A stretch of DNA of 64,000 nt from an uncultured delta proteobacterium. GTDB taxonomy: Bacteria; Desulfobacterota; Syntrophobacteria; BM002. The stretch covers positions 170,856 to 234,855 of the forward strand of contig CAVQGX010000030.1 of the NCBI GenBank assembly GCA_963712115.1, in the 5' to 3' direction. Under the pieces are notes generated by a model that was not told the DNA's origin, did no database searches, and saw nothing but the letters and a program-made list of their open reading frames with translations. Below, in pieces: positions 60,756 through 64,000 of this stretch (positions are counted from its first letter, which is position 1; each line of letters opens with the position of its first letter). Both the position numbers and the translations under genes were made by a program.

Positions 60756-61265
60756 AGGAGACAGCACCATTAACTGGACTGAAGTGCGCAGACCAGTCCG
60801 GCGGATCCGGGTTGCCGGGTGAGTCTCGATCAATAGACGTCTAGCCACCCCCGATGCTTCGGGGCGACAGGCTCGACCTCTGGATAGGCCCCCGGCCTTT
60901 ATACCCAATGTGACCCTAGTCATTTTCCTCTCAGGAAAAACAGACTCATATATCTGACTGGAAAGAACACGGCCCGCACTGTCATGTTGATCCGATCACC
61001 CGACTGTGTATGCACACTTCATAAGTTAAGTGATGGTCTGCTCCCACATGGCCAAACTTCACGTTTCAACTTATCGTCTCGCCCGTCTCGCTTCTCTATG
61101 CTCCATGCTTATTCAATACAAGAATTGTTCCAGGTTGCAAGCAAAAGTTATGTAAAAAAATCCCAGTGTTTATTTGCACTTCTTTGAATTGTGTTTCAGT
61201 TTCATTCCGCTACCATGGGAAGTAAGACGCGCGTCACCCAATTTTGAACAGAAAGGAGTAAAACC

Positions 61266-62693
61266 ATGAAAAGGAATAAACTGAAACCGTTAATCTTGGT
61301 GGGATGCTTGTTAACCATCACCTGTGCAGCGCTAGTTTATGCTAGCAAAGGAGGTCCATTCCATATATGGTCGCCCCCGGTGATCTCAGGGAAAAACGGC
61401 ATCGTTACTCTCTCCGGCAATCTCACCCAGAACAAAGTTCTCTATGGTGGAGACGGCACAGCAGCATTGGCACTGACTTTGAGTGCTGATGAAGTTCTAG
61501 ATCTGGATCTGGGAGAAGCTAACCATGTGGATATGGTGATCGTTCTGGACCGCAGTGGTTCCATGGGCGGCAAAAAGATCGCAGATGCCAAAATGGCCGC
61601 CCTGAATCTTCTGTCCAATTTAACTTCAGCTGATCGGTTTGGACTGGTGACCTACTCTGATGGTGTCCAAAGACGGTCGAACTTGATCAAGGTCACACCT
61701 GACAACCGCAAACGGCTGGAATCAATCATCAGAAGTATATCAGCCGGCGGAGCAACAAATCTCGGGGCCGGCCTGCAGGAAGGAATTGATCTCCTGCTCT
61801 CAGCCCGAAAGATGGGTAACATCCGCAGAGTCATTCTCATTTCAGACGGTCTTGCCAACAGGGGAATTACTGACCCGGTTTCCCTGGGAAACATGGCCAC
61901 CATTTCTGTGGAAAGTGAGTTTGCTGTCAGTACTGTGGGAGTAGGCTCCGATTTCAACGAGCACTTGATGACCTACATTGCTGACCGTGGTGCAGGTAAC
62001 TATTACTATTTGGAAAACCCCAACCTCTTTGCTGAGGTATTTCTCAAAGAGTTCAAAATCACCAGAGCTGCAGCTGCAACTTCAGTGGAGGTGCGCATAC
62101 CACTGAAGGATGGTCTTACGGTTGTAGATGCATCCGGATACCCCATCCAAATCAAAAATGGTCAGGCAGTAATTCAGCCGGGCAATTTGCTCTCCGGTCA
62201 GAGCAAAAAGCTTTTTCTTACTCTAAGAGTTCCTACCCACAGGGAGCAAACATTTGAAATAAAGGGAATCAATGCTCGCTACAGGTACGAGGGGAAACCC
62301 TATGAGGTTAGCCTGGCTGAGGGATTCCAGCTCGCCTGTGTGAAAGATCAGCAGCAGGTCTATGGATCAATCGATAAAAACGAATGGGAAGAGAAGGTGC
62401 TCAAGGATGACTTCAACAAACTCAGAGAGGAAGTGGCGGCTGAGATCAAAAAGGGTAAGCAGGATCAGGCCATGAAACGAATTGATGAGTACTACAAGGA
62501 ACAACAGTCGGTCAATGCGGTGGTTGCTTCGCCCAAGGTGGCTACCAGCCTGGAAAGAGACCTCGAGGAGCTTCGTGGAGTGGTAAATGAGACCTTCCAG
62601 GGAGAGCCCCAGGAGGTGGAGATTAAACAAAAGAAAAACTCCAAGTCCCTCCAGTACGAAGGCTACAGGGGAAGAAGGAGTAAGAGTGACTAG
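61266..62693 (+). CDS. Exported vWA domain protein
   Basis: Signal/TM; MIDAS DRSGSM, GATNL, ILISDGLAN, GVGSDFN. Confidence 0.92.
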   Translation: MKRNKLKPLILVGCLLTITCAALVYASKGGPFHIWSPPVISGKNGIVTLSGNLTQNKVLYGGDGTAALALTLSADEVLDLDLGEANHVDMVIVLDRSGSMGGKKIADAKMAALNLLSNLTSADRFGLVTYSDGVQRRSNLIKVTPDNRKRLESIIRSISAGGATNLGAGLQEGIDLLLSARKMGNIRRVILISDGLANRGITDPVSLGNMATISVESEFAVSTVGVGSDFNEHLMTYIADRGAGNYYYLENPNLFAEVFLKEFKITRAAAATSVEVRIPLKDGLTVVDASGYPIQIKNGQAVIQPGNLLSGQSKKLFLTLRVPTHREQTFEIKGINARYRYEGKPYEVSLAEGFQLACVKDQQQVYGSIDKNEWEEKVLKDDFNKLREEVAAEIKKGKQDQAMKRIDEYYKEQQSVNAVVASPKVATSLERDLEELRGVVNETFQGEPQEVEIKQKKNSKSLQYEGYRGRRSKSD

Positions 62694-62827
62694 GCACTAT
62701 GCACTAAGCACTAGGCACCGAACCGAAGGAGATAAACAACCAAAAAGTTTCCAACCGCAGAGAGATATTTGCAGTGCGCATGGTGTCAACGCTATGCGCT
62801 CTGCGCTCTGACGAAAAGGAGGAAAAA

Positions 62828-63382
62828 ATGGGCATCATGACGAGATTTATGAGGTTATGCAAGGCAGATATTCACGGTGTTATGGATCAACTGGAGGACA
62901 AGGGCCTTCTTCTCAAGCAATACCTCAGGGACATGGAGGAGGAGCTTGGTCAAAAAGAGGCCAGACTGAGAAAACTGGTAGTGTCCAGGGATAAACTTCA
63001 ACAGGATTGTGACAAGTATTCGGGCGAATGTAAAAAACTGGATGCAGATATCGAATCTGCCCTCAAAAAGGGCAAGGATGACATTGCTCGCCTGCTCATC
63101 AAGAAGCTCAAACCCATGACCTCTCACCGGGATGAACTCACTCGTCACATTCAGAATCTGGGTAGGGAGATAACCCAGTTTCACGGACTGATTGAAGAGC
63201 AACGCCTCCAATATGAACAACTCGAGCTCAGGGCAAAGGAATACTTCCATAGGGAAGAGCGAGAAAAATGGGAAATGACCATAGCCTCAACCATTCCTTC
63301 TCCTCCGTCCGGGGAGCCAAGCGAAGAAGAGGTTGAACTGGAGTTGCTCAAACGCAAGGAAGCAGTCAAGGGAGGTGAATAG
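62828..63382 (+). CDS. PspA/IM30 family protein
   Basis: MGIMTRFMRLCKADIHGVMDQLEDK..LKQYLRDME..GKDDIAR..VELELLKRK. Confidence 0.85.
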   Translation: MGIMTRFMRLCKADIHGVMDQLEDKGLLLKQYLRDMEEELGQKEARLRKLVVSRDKLQQDCDKYSGECKKLDADIESALKKGKDDIARLLIKKLKPMTSHRDELTRHIQNLGREITQFHGLIEEQRLQYEQLELRAKEYFHREEREKWEMTIASTIPSPPSGEPSEEEVELELLKRKEAVKGGE

Positions 63383-63384
63383 CA

Positions 63385-63939
63385 ATGAATATATCAAGGA
63401 GACCAATGTTTACAACCATCATCTATGGATTACTGGCAGGCACGTCCTTCATCCCGATGGTAATGGTGATGAGTAGCCTTCTCCATTGGACTGCGGCCTT
63501 CAGGTTAACAATCTGGCTTGTCCTGGCTGGATACCTGGTTATTCTGACCAGGTGGGGAAGGGTAAGCTTGCTTTCTATACTGTTTCCACTCCTGCTTCTG
63601 CTACTCCTGGTGTTTTGGGGAGACACAAATAGCGCTTTCCTCTTTCTGGCGCTGGGAGTTCTCAGCTGGGTGCGAAGCGGTATTTGCTTCCAGGGAGGTT
63701 TGCTGAAGTCACTTGTTACTGAAGTTGCCCTCTCCCTTGGAGCGGGAGCGCTGGTGGTCTTTTTCACCCCCCATTCCACCATAACCTGGGGAGTGGCGGT
63801 GTGGATGTTCTTTCTGGTCCAGTCTGTCTATTTTGTTGTTTTCGCCGATTTTGGGGAGAAACAAGAGGAACAAATGGAACTTGATCCTTTCCACCAGGCC
63901 AGAACCCGAGCAGAGAGAATATTGTCAACAGGATCTTAG
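63385..63939 (+). CDS. Multi-TM hypothetical membrane protein
   Basis: About six hydrophobic segments; RBS ggaggt; coupled to the pspA-like gene. Confidence 0.8.
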   Translation: MNISRRPMFTTIIYGLLAGTSFIPMVMVMSSLLHWTAAFRLTIWLVLAGYLVILTRWGRVSLLSILFPLLLLLLLVFWGDTNSAFLFLALGVLSWVRSGICFQGGLLKSLVTEVALSLGAGALVVFFTPHSTITWGVAVWMFFLVQSVYFVVFADFGEKQEEQMELDPFHQARTRAERILSTGS

Positions 63940-64000
63940 TGATGAATTCAATCTTTGTTCGCTCAATCGGCAAGTCCGGCAGGCAGCTTGCAGCTAGCAG

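Noticed and set aside
60627-61022. Possible minus-strand Sec ORF MKCAYTVG-U-SDQHD (TGA at 60996-60998) in frame with ORF 60627-60923
   Set aside because: No recognisable family, no convincing SECIS, and it runs antisense through the IS110 end.

Overview
A 64-kb bacterial chromosome segment, probably from a Desulfobacterota (deltaproteobacterial) anaerobe, judged from the xerC-hslVU-argB order, the EF-G paralog-mog block and Sec usage. It is mostly housekeeping: uvrB, uvrC, gltX; a branched-chain-type ABC transporter with an embedded long-chain acyl-CoA ligase; Rrf2; a cdaA-cdaR fusion; two PilZ genes; HDAC; MEMO; mog; an EF-G paralog; xerC-hslV-hslU-argBDFGH-lysA-dapF-dapA-dapB-folK; transaldolase; slt; pgsA; a cyclophilin; and a two-component pair divergent from a vWA-PspA operon. 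It also has tRNA-Arg(CCT) and tRNA-Gly(GCC). Most of the unusual content is non-coding. (1) Most intergenic spacers, even inside the arg/dap operon, hold degenerate 7-10-nt tandem arrays from about a dozen families. These often form inverted and nested arms, one 120-bp composite is copied exactly, and several arrays overlap stop codons. (2) A 195-bp TA-flanked MITE occurs in four copies, and its end sequence supplies both the ATG and the TAG of the cdaA-cdaR gene. (3) An OsmC-like selenoprotein is split by the ORF caller. (4) A class III cyclase-TPR with non-canonical specificity residues lies in a MITE-bracketed block. (5) There are two candidate structured RNAs and an IS110-family remnant that keeps a structured downstream non-coding region. 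No CRISPR array or prophage was seen. All calls were made by eye, without database searches or folding software.
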